NCBI GenBank assembly: GCA_042218325.1
Contig: JBDGRE010000005.1
Coordinates: 25,428-89,427 of the forward strand
Length of the DNA stretch: 64,000 bases
Direction of reading: 5' to 3'
DNA from: Candidatus Nanohaloarchaea archaeon
Lineage (GTDB): Archaea; Nanohalarchaeota; Nanosalinia; Nanosalinales; Nanosalinaceae
Both the position numbers and the translations under genes were made by a program. The notes under the pieces were generated by a model. It searched no databases, was not told the origin of the DNA, and saw only the letters and a program-made list of their open reading frames with translations. Position 1 is the stretch's first letter, and the number at the start of each line of letters is the position of its first letter. Positions 30,492 to 39,834 of this stretch are shown here, piece by piece.

Positions 30492-30827
30492 ATGTCAGAG
30501 CTATCGGAGAAGAGATGTGAGCCGTGCCAGGGTGGCGTCGAACCGCTTGAAGGCGATAAAATAAATCCGTACCTCGAACAGCTTGACAGCGACTGGGAGG
30601 TCGTCGACGAACACCACCTGAGACGGGAGTTCGACTTCGAGGACTTCAAGGAGGCGCTTGACTTCGTCAAAAAAGTAGGAGAAATCGCGGAGGAAGAGGG
30701 CCACCATCCCGACATCGAGTTCACCTGGGGCGAGGCCACGGTCAAGATATACACCCACAAAATCGACGGGCTGCACGAGAACGACTTCATACTGGCCAGC
30801 AAGATAGACGAGATAATCAGCGGGTGA
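30492..30827 (+). CDS. pterin-4a-carbinolamine dehydratase
   Basis: AEEEGHHPDI..YTHKIDGL.ENDFILA. Confidence 0.93.
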   Translation: MSELSEKRCEPCQGGVEPLEGDKINPYLEQLDSDWEVVDEHHLRREFDFEDFKEALDFVKKVGEIAEEEGHHPDIEFTWGEATVKIYTHKIDGLHENDFILASKIDEIISG

Positions 30828-31251
30828 AGAACAGCCTGTCAAGCGTGGCCTCGACAAACTTCTGGCTCCTGTCGTCGAACAGCGGGGCCACGTCTTCTAT
30901 GCACTGCCGTCCTGTTGAGGTCAGCTGTGCGCCGAACTCCTTCCGCGAGGTCCTGATGACGTCTACTTCTTTCTCCAGCGCCCCGGATATCTCGCGGTTC
31001 TGCTTTTTGCCGTGGTCGTCGAAATCCGTGAGCACCGCCACTCTTTCCGCGCCCCGGGAAACATCTTCGACAAGGTCATCGAGTTTGCGCTCCGCGGACA
31101 GGAATATCCTGCCCGTGAACCCTAGCTGCTGCATCACTTCGCGGTCCGCGACCCCCTCCACGACTACAGAGTCGACATCCCGGTCTATCTTTTCCACGAG
31201 CCGCTCGAGGTTCTTCCTCTCCTCGAACCGCTTCTTCTCCATCGGTAACAT
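30817..31251 (-). CDS. small TOPRIM-domain protein
   Basis: VVVEG..D and LTDFDDHG. Confidence 0.85.
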   Translation of the reverse strand: MLPMEKKRFEERKNLERLVEKIDRDVDSVVVEGVADREVMQQLGFTGRIFLSAERKLDDLVEDVSRGAERVAVLTDFDDHGKKQNREISGALEKEVDVIRTSRKEFGAQLTSTGRQCIEDVAPLFDDRSQKFVEATLDRLFFTR

Positions 31252-31287
31252 GGGCTTCCCTGAAGTTTTACGGCCCAGTCTTAAATA

Positions 31288-32520
31288 TCATTTCTGGACA
31301 GCGCTCGCCTTCTTCCCGAGCACCGGGTTGACAGAGGACTGGTAGATGCTGCGGACCATATCCCGGAAAGAGTCAAGCGGCTCCTGTCCCTCGCTGTGCT
31401 TCACCTCGAGATCCCCGGTCACCTCTATGTTCTCGCGGAACCGGTTACCCCTTATCTCGCCGAATCTGCGGGCGTTCAGGAACTGGTCGCTGAGGCTTGA
31501 GGCCGCCTCTTCTGGTAGCACCGCCTCTATACTGTGGTTGACGTCGTCGGTCGACCTGACCCGGGCCCTGAAATCCACAGCGTTGCTCCTCACCTCGATG
31601 AAGTCGTCGCCGTACTCCTTTTCGACAGGTATCTTCGGCGTGAACATCGACAGCACCTCTCCCGGTGACACGATGCCCGCGGTCTTCTTGACCTCTCGTT
31701 CGACATCTCCCGGCTGTACGAGGTACCCGTTTTGCCTCGGCTCGAAGGTGTTGATGGCCGCGTAGTACACGTCCTCCTTCTCGCCGATACGTTCACGGAC
31801 CTCTTTGACCTTCTGCTCGACGTTCTCCACGGCCTCTCTTGAGTAAGGTATGTCGAACAGGAACTCCTGCTGTCTCTCCCGGTGCCTCGCCACCGCGTCC
31901 ACCGGGATGTTGTGGTCGTACGACTCGATGGGGGGCCGCTCCAGCTCTAGGCCGACGAAGTCCTCCTCTATGTCCTCGAGCGTCTCGATCCCCTGCTGCA
32001 ACCTTGACTCGAAAGGCTTGATGCTGCTGAATAGCAGCCGGGCCTGGCTCTGCGACAGCTGCTTCCGCTCCACCATCTTGGCGACATCCCTCACCACCCG
32101 GTCAGTATCAGTGTAGACGAGCTCACGCTGCAGGAACTGGTGGAAACACGAGAAAGGTACCTGCTCGTAGCCGTCCACAGGGTCGCTGCCCTGCGTGACG
32201 AATATACCCCTGACCTCGTGCTCCGCGAGCTCCGACAGCTCGAGGCCCACATCTACCGGGTTGTTGCGGACCATATCCACGTATTTCTCCATCCGGGATA
32301 TGTCGTCCCCGTCGATCTCCTGCTTGCCTTTCGCGTCGACTATCCATATCTCCTTCTTGTTCTCCCGGGTCAAACGGGCGAAGCAGTCCGGCCGGGAGTC
32401 GCTCAGGCTGCCGACGCGCTCGAAGAAATCGAAGTAGCCCTCGTACTGCCGCAGGGCATCGAGCACGTCCCTCTGGAACACGCTCCAGTCGTCAGCCACC
32501 TTCAACCACCTCGTAGTCAT
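31288..32520 (-). CDS. hypothetical protein with N-terminal PD-(D/E)XK-like domain
   Basis: FQ..V..RPDC..IVDAK..Y. Confidence 0.6.
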   Translation of the reverse strand: MTTRWLKVADDWSVFQRDVLDALRQYEGYFDFFERVGSLSDSRPDCFARLTRENKKEIWIVDAKGKQEIDGDDISRMEKYVDMVRNNPVDVGLELSELAEHEVRGIFVTQGSDPVDGYEQVPFSCFHQFLQRELVYTDTDRVVRDVAKMVERKQLSQSQARLLFSSIKPFESRLQQGIETLEDIEEDFVGLELERPPIESYDHNIPVDAVARHRERQQEFLFDIPYSREAVENVEQKVKEVRERIGEKEDVYYAAINTFEPRQNGYLVQPGDVEREVKKTAGIVSPGEVLSMFTPKIPVEKEYGDDFIEVRSNAVDFRARVRSTDDVNHSIEAVLPEEAASSLSDQFLNARRFGEIRGNRFRENIEVTGDLEVKHSEGQEPLDSFRDMVRSIYQSSVNPVLGKKASAVQK

Positions 32521-33409
32521 CTACGCTGCCGTCACCGTCGAGGTCCAACCCCCTGACGACACGGTAGAACTCCCCGCTCCTGTACCCCTGGGCCAGTTCC
32601 TCGATATCCTTCAGGGCTCTTATGGCGCCCTGTGTGCCCCGGTTCCGGATTCCTGCGGCCATGTAGATCGCTTTTCCCGGTTCTTCCGGGTTCTCTGCCT
32701 TCTGTACGACGCCTATCGAGTCCTCTGTGTAGCTCTCGTGTGGCGTCTCCAGTTCGTGGTAGGGGAAGCTGTCGGTCGAGAAACTGGCGGGGAACGCATC
32801 GTTGAACTTCATAGTGACCGTGTTCGTGAGGACTCCGCCGACCATTAAGATGTCCTGGCCGAAGTTCCCGGATGACACGAGCTCGGTGTCTAGCTGGGTT
32901 ACCAGTTCCGTTGTCTTCCCGTAGTTCCCCAGGGTCAGTCCCACCTCACCGGCGAGATGGCCGTCCTTCGCCCTCACCTGGTCGCGGCCATGCTCGTCAG
33001 GTGAACCGACGACTATGCATCCGGTTACCCGCCCCTCCTCCACCATGGGCTCAAGGAACTTTCTCGCACCTTCACGCGCTGGCGGCACCATCGCCTTCCG
33101 GCCGCCCGAACCGAGATCGAGAAGGTAACCGTCCGCTGACGGCCGGTAGAACGTGGCTACGCCACCTGACCTCTTCTCCTCGTGGTCCTCCTCTATGAGC
33201 CCCGCGTCCTCCAGCTTCCTGAAATGGTAGTAAGCCTGTTGCTTCCCGAGATCCATCCTTGACGCTATCTCTGCCGGGTAGGAAGGGCTGGAGGCAAGTA
33301 TCTGTAACATCTCTCTTCGCGTATCATCGGTCAGGGCCTTGATGACGGGCCTGTCCAGCTCGGCAGCTTCCACGATCTCTCCAGTGTCACGCCTCAGGAA
33401 CTCGGGCAC
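32492..33409 (-). CDS. ArsR-like HTH regulator with C-terminal effector domain
   Basis: KALTDDTRREMLQIL..YPAEIA..YYHFRKLEDAGLI; divergent from glmS. Confidence 0.8.
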   Translation of the reverse strand: MPEFLRRDTGEIVEAAELDRPVIKALTDDTRREMLQILASSPSYPAEIASRMDLGKQQAYYHFRKLEDAGLIEEDHEEKRSGGVATFYRPSADGYLLDLGSGGRKAMVPPAREGARKFLEPMVEEGRVTGCIVVGSPDEHGRDQVRAKDGHLAGEVGLTLGNYGKTTELVTQLDTELVSSGNFGQDILMVGGVLTNTVTMKFNDAFPASFSTDSFPYHELETPHESYTEDSIGVVQKAENPEEPGKAIYMAAGIRNRGTQGAIRALKDIEELAQGYRSGEFYRVVRGLDLDGDGSVDDYEVVEGG

Positions 33410-33498
33410 TAAAGCAGGCTTGAAACCGGTAATATAAATGTTTAACTGGTTCGATGGCTATTAAAATGGTTTGCGGCCGCTGCAGCACGAAAACCGCT

Positions 33499-33519
33499 GA
33501 ACCGGTTAAAAATCGGTTC
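33499..33519. promoter_or_regulatory. candidate operator palindrome before the glmS TATA box
   Basis: GAACCGGTT-AAA-AATCGGTTC; related half sites at 33423-33430 and 33444-33451. Confidence 0.4.
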
Positions 33520-33566
33520 TACCGCCCTTTTTATAACGTGAGCGCTTCATATAGAGAGTGTAAAAG

Positions 33567-35294
33567 ATGTGCGGGATAGTAGGATACCACGGTGAGGAAG
33601 AGGCAGCGGACCACGTCTTCGAGGGCCTGAAGAAGCTTGAGTACCGGGGTTACGACTCCGCAGGGATAGCCACCGTCGGCAACCCGTCCATCAAGGTCGA
33701 GAAAGGGACCGGCACGGTCGACGAGGCGCTCTCCGAGACACCGGACGGCACAACAGGGATAGGCCACACGCGCTGGGCCACGCACGGCGGTATCAGCGAG
33801 ACCAACGCCCACCCGCACGCAGACTGCGAGGGCAGGATAGCGATAGTTCACAACGGTGTTATCGACAACCACCGCGAGCTGCGAGAGGAGCTTTCAGGCC
33901 ACCGTTTCCGCTCTGACACAGATACTGAAGTCATCCCGCACCTGCTTGAAGAGGCGCTCCAGCAGCACGGTTCAAAGAGAGAGGCGGTAGAACACGTCAT
34001 GCAGCGTATAGAGGGTGCCTACGCCGTCGTGGCTGCGTTCGATACAGGTGAGATGGTTGCGTTCAGGCAGAACTCGCCGCTGGTACTCGGGATAGGTGAA
34101 GACGAGACCTTCGTAGCGTCAGACGTGACGCCGTTCCTCGAGCACACCGATCGGGCGGTTTTCCTTGAAGAGGGCGACCTCGCAGTTATCGACGGGAACG
34201 GTCACAGAGTCTACCAGGAAGGTGAGGAAGTGGAACGGGAGGTGGAGGATATCGACTGGGACGCGCAGCAGGCAACGAAGGCCGGCCACGACCACTTCAT
34301 GGAGAAAGAGATTAAGGAGCAGCCAAAGACCATCAAGCGCGCAGTCTTCCAGGACCGTTCTGAGCTTGAGCAGGCGAAAGAGATGATAGAAAAGGCCGAT
34401 AACGTCTACATGACGGCCTGCGGCACCGCGGGCATAGCGGCATCGCTCGGCGCGAAGTACCTCCGGGACGCCGGTCTCCACCCCGAGGTAGAGCTTTCCC
34501 ACGAGATGGAGTACCGCAAGGACGAGATAGGAGAGGACGACCTTGTCATAGCGGTAAGCCAGAGCGGGGAAACAGCTGATCTTCTCTCCGTACTGCGCGA
34601 CGTCGAGGCCGACGTTCTTGCGGTCGTCAATGTGGTCGGCTCGACCCTCGCGAGGAATGCCTCGCACACCCTCTTAGTGAATGCAGGCCCTGAACTCGGT
34701 GTCGCGTCGACGAAGGCGTTCACCGGACAGGTGGCGGTGCTGAAGATGCTGAAGTACGCACTTGAGGATAGTATCGAGGTAGGCCGCGAATCACTGCTCC
34801 AGACCGCGGACAGGGCGAAACAGGTCATGGAGGACAACGAGGAGACTGTGGAGAAGATAAGCGAGTACCTTGCGGAGAAGGAGGACGCTTACTTCATAGG
34901 CAGGAACCGCGGCCACGACCTGGCAAGAGAGGCGGCGCTGAAGCTCAAGGAGCTTTCCTACATACACGCCGAGGCGTTCCCTGGCGGCGAGTTCAAGCAC
35001 GGGACCCTCGCACTGGTCGAAGACGGGACCCCGGTGATAAGCTTCCTCAAGGACGACGGCTATGAGGACATACTTACCAACACGGCAGAGGCCCAGGGCC
35101 GCGGCGCAGATGTCATCTCGGTCGGGACTGACGACCCCCTCGGCTCCGAGTTCTTTATCGAGGTGCCGGAGGACGAGAACCGGGAGCTGCTTGAGGTCAT
35201 CCCGTTCCAGCTTATCGCCTACCTTACCTCGGTGGAGAAAGGCAACAACCCGGACAAGCCTCGAAACCTGGCGAAGAGCATCACCGTCAAGTAA
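33567..35294 (+). CDS. glmS: glutamine-fructose-6-phosphate transaminase
   Basis: MCGIVG, LEYRGYDSAG, GHTRWATHG, SQSGET, PRNLAKSITV. Confidence 0.98.
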   Translation: MCGIVGYHGEEEAADHVFEGLKKLEYRGYDSAGIATVGNPSIKVEKGTGTVDEALSETPDGTTGIGHTRWATHGGISETNAHPHADCEGRIAIVHNGVIDNHRELREELSGHRFRSDTDTEVIPHLLEEALQQHGSKREAVEHVMQRIEGAYAVVAAFDTGEMVAFRQNSPLVLGIGEDETFVASDVTPFLEHTDRAVFLEEGDLAVIDGNGHRVYQEGEEVEREVEDIDWDAQQATKAGHDHFMEKEIKEQPKTIKRAVFQDRSELEQAKEMIEKADNVYMTACGTAGIAASLGAKYLRDAGLHPEVELSHEMEYRKDEIGEDDLVIAVSQSGETADLLSVLRDVEADVLAVVNVVGSTLARNASHTLLVNAGPELGVASTKAFTGQVAVLKMLKYALEDSIEVGRESLLQTADRAKQVMEDNEETVEKISEYLAEKEDAYFIGRNRGHDLAREAALKLKELSYIHAEAFPGGEFKHGTLALVEDGTPVISFLKDDGYEDILTNTAEAQGRGADVISVGTDDPLGSEFFIEVPEDENRELLEVIPFQLIAYLTSVEKGNNPDKPRNLAKSITVK

Positions 35295-35325
35295 GCTTTA
35301 AACCGGGCGCCGTCAAATCGAGGAC

Positions 35326-35751
35326 ATGAGAAAGACTCTCTCCGCGGTCCTGCTTATTTCTATGCTGGCAGGGGCTTCAGCGCACCTGAGTCTTCAGGAG
35401 CAGCACCTGCAGGAGATGAAGAGCTCTTTCAACTCTCGGACCGACGACGCGCCGGCTATCGCGGGGGCGCTCGTCGGCAACCAGACTGTAGTGGCCCACA
35501 TAAAGGGTAATTCCACGACTGTTAACCTGACCGCAGAGTTCTCCGGCCTCGAGCTGGAGGAACTAAGACGCGGAAGCACGGGCAACTCCACGGTCGAGGT
35601 ATGGGTGTCCCGCGAGGCGCTGGTAAGGATAGGGGAGGCGGAGGAACCCCGGGCCGTGATAAGGAAAGCTCTCGGGAGTGGGGCAGTAAGGGTAGAGGTA
35701 AGCGGCTTCTTCAACCAGCTAAGGTTCTCGCTGCTTAAAGCCCTGCTTTAG
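35326..35751 (+). CDS. secreted hypothetical protein
   Basis: Signal peptide. Confidence 0.6.
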   Translation: MRKTLSAVLLISMLAGASAHLSLQEQHLQEMKSSFNSRTDDAPAIAGALVGNQTVVAHIKGNSTTVNLTAEFSGLELEELRRGSTGNSTVEVWVSREALVRIGEAEEPRAVIRKALGSGAVRVEVSGFFNQLRFSLLKALL

Positions 35752-36437
35752 TCGAGAACGACCGGCTCTGCGACCGTCTTTTCCCTGACATCTTCCTCGA
35801 ACCTTGAAGTATTTGCGGTGGTATGGTCGACGTAGCCGTAGTGTATGGGCACCACTTTATCCGGTTTCACCATGTTGATGGCGTCGATGGCCTCGTCCTG
35901 GTCCATGGTGTAGTGGCCGCCGACCGGCATGAAAGCCACGTCGATATCACCGGGAAGGTCTCCCATCTCGTCGACAGGATCCGTGTCGGATGCATGGTAG
36001 AATTTGAGCCCGTCGAGCTCGAATATCACGCCGACGCAGAAACCTTCCGGGTGGAACGGCTCACCGGGGCTCCGGAACTTGTCGACGTTGTAGGCCGGCA
36101 CGCCGCGGATCTTGAGGCCGCGAGCCTTCACACTCCTGTTCGGCCTGATAACCTTGTAGCTTACATCATCTGGCACCTCATCCTCCGATTCCTCGGTGCA
36201 GACGAGAACTGTATCATCTTTTTTCAGGGCCTGGATAGCCTTCACATCGAAGTGGTCGAAATGGTCGTGGGTAGATATTATGACATCGGCCTTCTCCATC
36301 TCACGGAGCTCTTCACCGCTCACCGGTTCGCTCCACGGGTCGACGTAAACAGTGAAGCCGTCGGAGTCCCGGAGTTTGATCGATGCGTGTTCCAGCCAGT
36401 CTACCCGGACAGAGTCAAAGGAAGTGGCGCCTCTCAT
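35748..36437 (-). CDS. MBL-fold metallo-hydrolase
   Basis: THDHFDH, YHASDT, PVGG.YTM, PIHYG. Confidence 0.9.
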   Translation of the reverse strand: MRGATSFDSVRVDWLEHASIKLRDSDGFTVYVDPWSEPVSGEELREMEKADVIISTHDHFDHFDVKAIQALKKDDTVLVCTEESEDEVPDDVSYKVIRPNRSVKARGLKIRGVPAYNVDKFRSPGEPFHPEGFCVGVIFELDGLKFYHASDTDPVDEMGDLPGDIDVAFMPVGGHYTMDQDEAIDAINMVKPDKVVPIHYGYVDHTTANTSRFEEDVREKTVAEPVVLD

Positions 36438-36494
36438 ACTTGCCAAAAGCCGGACAGAAACGATAAAATACTTTTGCTGGGCTTCGATACATAG

Positions 36495-36782
36495 ATGCCG
36501 GAAAAGGAAATCGCTGAGATACTGCTGAACGCAGACTCCCGTTTCCTCAGCATCCGCGAGATAAGGAAAGAGCTCTCATCGGATCCGACCCAGGACATGG
36601 TAGCCAGGGATGTAGAAAGGATAGCGCGGAAGGCGGGGACAGAATACAGGGAGTGGTTATGGAATAATGGGAAGTACGACCTGTCGGCTGTCCATGAGTA
36701 TGAAGAGACAATCCGGAAAGGATACGGCCTCGAATATATTCCAGAACCAGTCCGCGAAGAGCTCGAAGACCTCGGCCTTTAG
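36495..36782 (+). CDS. hypothetical protein (possible wHTH)
   Basis: Fills the gap between two MBL paralogs. Confidence 0.5.
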   Translation: MPEKEIAEILLNADSRFLSIREIRKELSSDPTQDMVARDVERIARKAGTEYREWLWNNGKYDLSAVHEYEETIRKGYGLEYIPEPVREELEDLGL

Positions 36783-37441
36783 CTCTGGCGTTCCAGTACC
36801 ACGCAGTCGATTTCTATGTCTTCAAGCGCTGACTCGAGCGGCCCGGTATCTGTGTCGGAGAAGAACGGAGGACCGTAATGGTAAGGCACAACGACCTTGG
36901 GCCTGAACCGCTTGGCCATCGCGGCCGCCTCCTCCGCATCCATCGTGAACTCTCCATCGATTGGCAGGAAGGCGACCTCGATGCGGTCCTCTATAAGCCT
37001 GATATCGTCTACTGGTCCTGTATCGCCGGCGACGTAGAAGCTGTTGCCGGCCATCACGAACCGGTATCCCAGTCCTTCACCCCTCTCATGGTGCTCGTTG
37101 TACATCGGAACCGATTCGATTTCCACGCCGTAGATATCTATCGTTTCGTCTTCTTCTATGAACTCTATATCCTTGCATGGTATCTCCCTGTCCTTCATCG
37201 ACCCGGGTGCGACCACGACGGTTCTGTCGCCGCAGACCGTCTCCAGCTTCCCGGGGTCGAAATGGCCCTCATCGGCATGGGTCAGGAGCACCAGGTCGAC
37301 GCTGGTGTCCGGCGATACCTCGGAGTAAGGGTCGACCGAGAGGGTGAATCCATGGTCTAGGAAACGGAGGGAGGCGTGACCGTCCCAGAGTATCTCTACG
37401 CCGTTGTATTCCATCGGGATGTAGAACCGGCCGGAGACCAT
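36779..37441 (-). CDS. MBL-fold metallo-hydrolase paralog (degenerate metal motif)
   Basis: THADEGH, YVAGDT, PIDG.FTM, PYHYG. Confidence 0.85.
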   Translation of the reverse strand: MVSGRFYIPMEYNGVEILWDGHASLRFLDHGFTLSVDPYSEVSPDTSVDLVLLTHADEGHFDPGKLETVCGDRTVVVAPGSMKDREIPCKDIEFIEEDETIDIYGVEIESVPMYNEHHERGEGLGYRFVMAGNSFYVAGDTGPVDDIRLIEDRIEVAFLPIDGEFTMDAEEAAAMAKRFRPKVVVPYHYGPPFFSDTDTGPLESALEDIEIDCVVLERQS

Positions 37442-37530
37442 TTTTAAAACCGTTCCGACCCTGCACCTCTCTGTAATAAAAAATTACGCTTCAACTGTCC
37501 AAAACAGGTCCTGTCTTGCAGAGACCGCTC

Positions 37531-37595
37531 TTTACGATCTGCGGGCACGAAGACCTTATAGGTCTTCTTATACCAGCAGATTTACGATCTGCGGG
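37531..37595 (+). mobile_element. twin-hairpin micro-insertion duplicating the tRNA-Leu(CAG) 5' end
   Basis: 15-bp direct repeat 37531-37545/37581-37595 enclosing C-GAAGACCT-TAT-AGGTCTTC and GCAGAT..ATCTGC. Confidence 0.7.
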
Positions 37596-37748
37596 GGTAG
37601 CCAAGTGGCCAAAGGCGCAGCGTTCAGGACCGAACTGCTGTCAGTTCGATTAACAGTGAGCATTCAGCCCTGCGGCTGAACGCACAACGGCAGTCGGAGA
37701 GACGCGCTGTCCCTTAGGGGTTCGCAAGTTCAAATCTTGCCCCCCGCA
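37591..37748 (+). tRNA. tRNA-Leu(CAG) with 75-nt intron (37629-37703)
   Basis: GCGGGGG/CCCCCGC acceptor, CAGCG-TTCAGG|G-CGCTG, long variable arm, GTTCAAAT. Confidence 0.9.
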
Positions 37749-37801
37749 TACTTTCCAAGTATGCTCCAAGAAGTATCGCGCAGCGAATACTTCGCCCCGC
37801 A
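37742..37801 (-). mobile_element. twin-hairpin micro-insertion duplicating the tRNA-Leu(CAG) 3' end
   Basis: CCCCGCA repeated at 37795-37801; hairpins 37770-37793 and 37746-37764. Confidence 0.6.
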
Positions 37802-37900
37802 CTACTTCGTATTGCTTTCGGCAAGATCTGTGCACAGAAATAACGGGTCGCTGGGGCCACTCGTTACATACTTTTTATGGCAGGATAAGAAATTCAGGCT

Positions 37901-39361
37901 GTGTCCCACGTCGAGAAGGAAATCCAGCTGAGCGATATCGAGAGGGAGATTCTCTGGGGTATTTCCTCGATCACACAGGAGCTGAGGAAAAACTACCGTA
38001 TCGTGATAAAGTCGAATTTTGGCGTCGATACAGCGGAACTGGAGCTGGCCAAGTGGGGTGAAGACGAGTTCGAGCGGTCCGTGGCCCAGAACAACCCAGA
38101 GGACTCCGGCTGGAGCGACCAGGAGTTCAAACTGCTCCTGAATGAGAAGGTTCGCATCCAGAAACTGCATGACTATCTGGATTCTATCCTGAACGGTGGG
38201 AGAGGTATAGACCACGCGGGAGTGAGAGATATTATAGAGGAGGACCGTCGAACGGAGAAGGTAGAGAGCCTGCTTGAGGAGAAGGAGAAAAACGGCAGGC
38301 TGGAGATGGGAGGGAAAAACACCGTAAAGTTGAATAAGGCTCTCACGGAGTTTTCCAAGTGCCTGAAGGCGTTCGAGGAGGGGACAAGAATCCAGACAGA
38401 GTCTCTTCCGGAGCAGAGGATAGTCAGCCTGATAGAGAACAACGACTTCGCCAGCAGCGTCCAGGGGGAGAACGGGCGGTATATCTTGGGCGGTATACAG
38501 TTCCATGGCGAGGTAAGGTTCAACGAGGACAAATACCAGGAATCAGATTACATAGTCTTGGACAGCCTGAACTTTCCGTACCAGGAAAAGGGGTTCAGAG
38601 AGTTTATCAAGACCCAGCCCGAGTCAGGCAGGTTTGATTATGAGGAACTGATTTCTGAAAATGTTTTCAGAGACCAGTTACCTGTTGTTATCCCGGATGT
38701 TCTCCCTGTAGACTCATACAAGGGCTGGGATCTGACGAAAATCGACGACTGGAGCGGCAGGGTGCAGGGAGGAGCTGGTATAGTAGGTAACACCGCGCTA
38801 CCGGCTGCCATGGGCCTGGCCGCCAAAGGCGCTCTTCCCTGGGAGCCTGTTTTTTACGGGGTGGTGGTCTGGAAGTTTGTCTTCATGATAGGGGTGCCTG
38901 CAGTAACCCTCCCAAGATTGCTTACTGCGGTGGCCGGAAGGATGGCTCTTTTCTGTGAGAAACTCGATGGTTGCTTCGCTTCAGGTGTTGAAAAATCTGA
39001 ACCAGCTTTCTTCCTGTACACAAACAAGAAAGAAGCCGCCCTGATACACCTTTTTATGAGATACCCGGAAATCCGGAGAGCGATTCTCAAGTTCCATCAG
39101 TCAGCTGAATACGGAGGGTTAGAGGAAAAGTATCTGAATTATATAGAGGAAGTAGAGTTCTTCTCCGGTGGAGTCGACGAAATAAAAGAAAGCCCAAAGA
39201 AAGGAAGAAAGCTAAGGCTGGAGTACAGCGGTCAGGAGAGGATTGTTAGTTACAGTATCAGAAGCATCGACACTGAACTGACAGAAAGGATAGCTAGGTC
39301 CTCGGGAGAACAGAGTAAAATTTCAAGCGCAAAGAACACTCTTTCCAAACTACTTCCCTAA
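37901..39361 (+). CDS. hypothetical protein (486 aa) with a central hydrophobic segment
   Basis: Long ORF between two tRNA-Leu genes. Confidence 0.65.
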   Translation: MSHVEKEIQLSDIEREILWGISSITQELRKNYRIVIKSNFGVDTAELELAKWGEDEFERSVAQNNPEDSGWSDQEFKLLLNEKVRIQKLHDYLDSILNGGRGIDHAGVRDIIEEDRRTEKVESLLEEKEKNGRLEMGGKNTVKLNKALTEFSKCLKAFEEGTRIQTESLPEQRIVSLIENNDFASSVQGENGRYILGGIQFHGEVRFNEDKYQESDYIVLDSLNFPYQEKGFREFIKTQPESGRFDYEELISENVFRDQLPVVIPDVLPVDSYKGWDLTKIDDWSGRVQGGAGIVGNTALPAAMGLAAKGALPWEPVFYGVVVWKFVFMIGVPAVTLPRLLTAVAGRMALFCEKLDGCFASGVEKSEPAFFLYTNKKEAALIHLFMRYPEIRRAILKFHQSAEYGGLEEKYLNYIEEVEFFSGGVDEIKESPKKGRKLRLEYSGQERIVSYSIRSIDTELTERIARSSGEQSKISSAKNTLSKLLP

Positions 39362-39430
39362 AGGGCCGTTCTTCCTATGAATTAAAAGCCTTCTCTGCAC
39401 CTTTTCTTACCACAGGCAGGCTTACAATAT

Positions 39431-39509
39431 GCGGGGGTTGCCGAGTGAGGCTCACTAACCCCGCATAAAAACAAAACAACAGGTGAGCAGACGCGGGGGT
39501 TGCCGAGTG
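39431..39509 (+). mobile_element. micro-insertion duplicating the tRNA-Leu(TAG) 5' end
   Basis: 17-bp direct repeat 39431-39447/39493-39509 plus inverted copy AACCCCGC (39457-39464). Confidence 0.65.
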
Positions 39510-39645
39510 GTCAAAGGCGCAGGACTTAGGTACCTCAAGTTCTCCTTTACGGAGAACAAGGATTTGAGAAGTGAACCTTCAGGGAGCTTCGATAGAGGAT
39601 ATCCTGTCCCGTAGGGGTTCCGGAGTTCAAATCTCCGCCCCCGCA
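39493..39645 (+). tRNA. tRNA-Leu(TAG) with 70-nt intron (39531-39600)
   Basis: CAGGA-CTTAGG|A-TCCTG, variable arm, CGGAG-TTCAAAT-CTCCG. Confidence 0.9.
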
Positions 39646-39782
39646 TCATTACCTACTGACACGGCGGGATTTGATGGCAGAAGCTCCTGTAAGCGAGCTT
39701 CGAGTTCAAATCTCAGCCCCCGCAAACATTTCATGTTTGCTATCAGCAGCACCGGATGTCGGATGCTGCGCCCCGCATCATT
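39623..39782 (-). mobile_element. two stacked twin-hairpin micro-insertions at the tRNA-Leu(TAG) 3' end
   Basis: 22/23 repeat 39623-39645/39702-39724 and CCCCGCATCATT at 39639-39650/39771-39782, each with a hairpin pair. Confidence 0.7.
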
Positions 39783-39834
39783 CCTTATCAACAGGCGGGC
39801 TCGTTTTATAACTCTGCTATCCGGCAAAGGAAAC

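Noticed and set aside
39431-39782. Split or permuted tRNA halves, or a CRISPR array
   Set aside because: The fragments are 7-24 nt and sit next to complete genes. There is no constant repeat-spacer periodicity and no cas genes.
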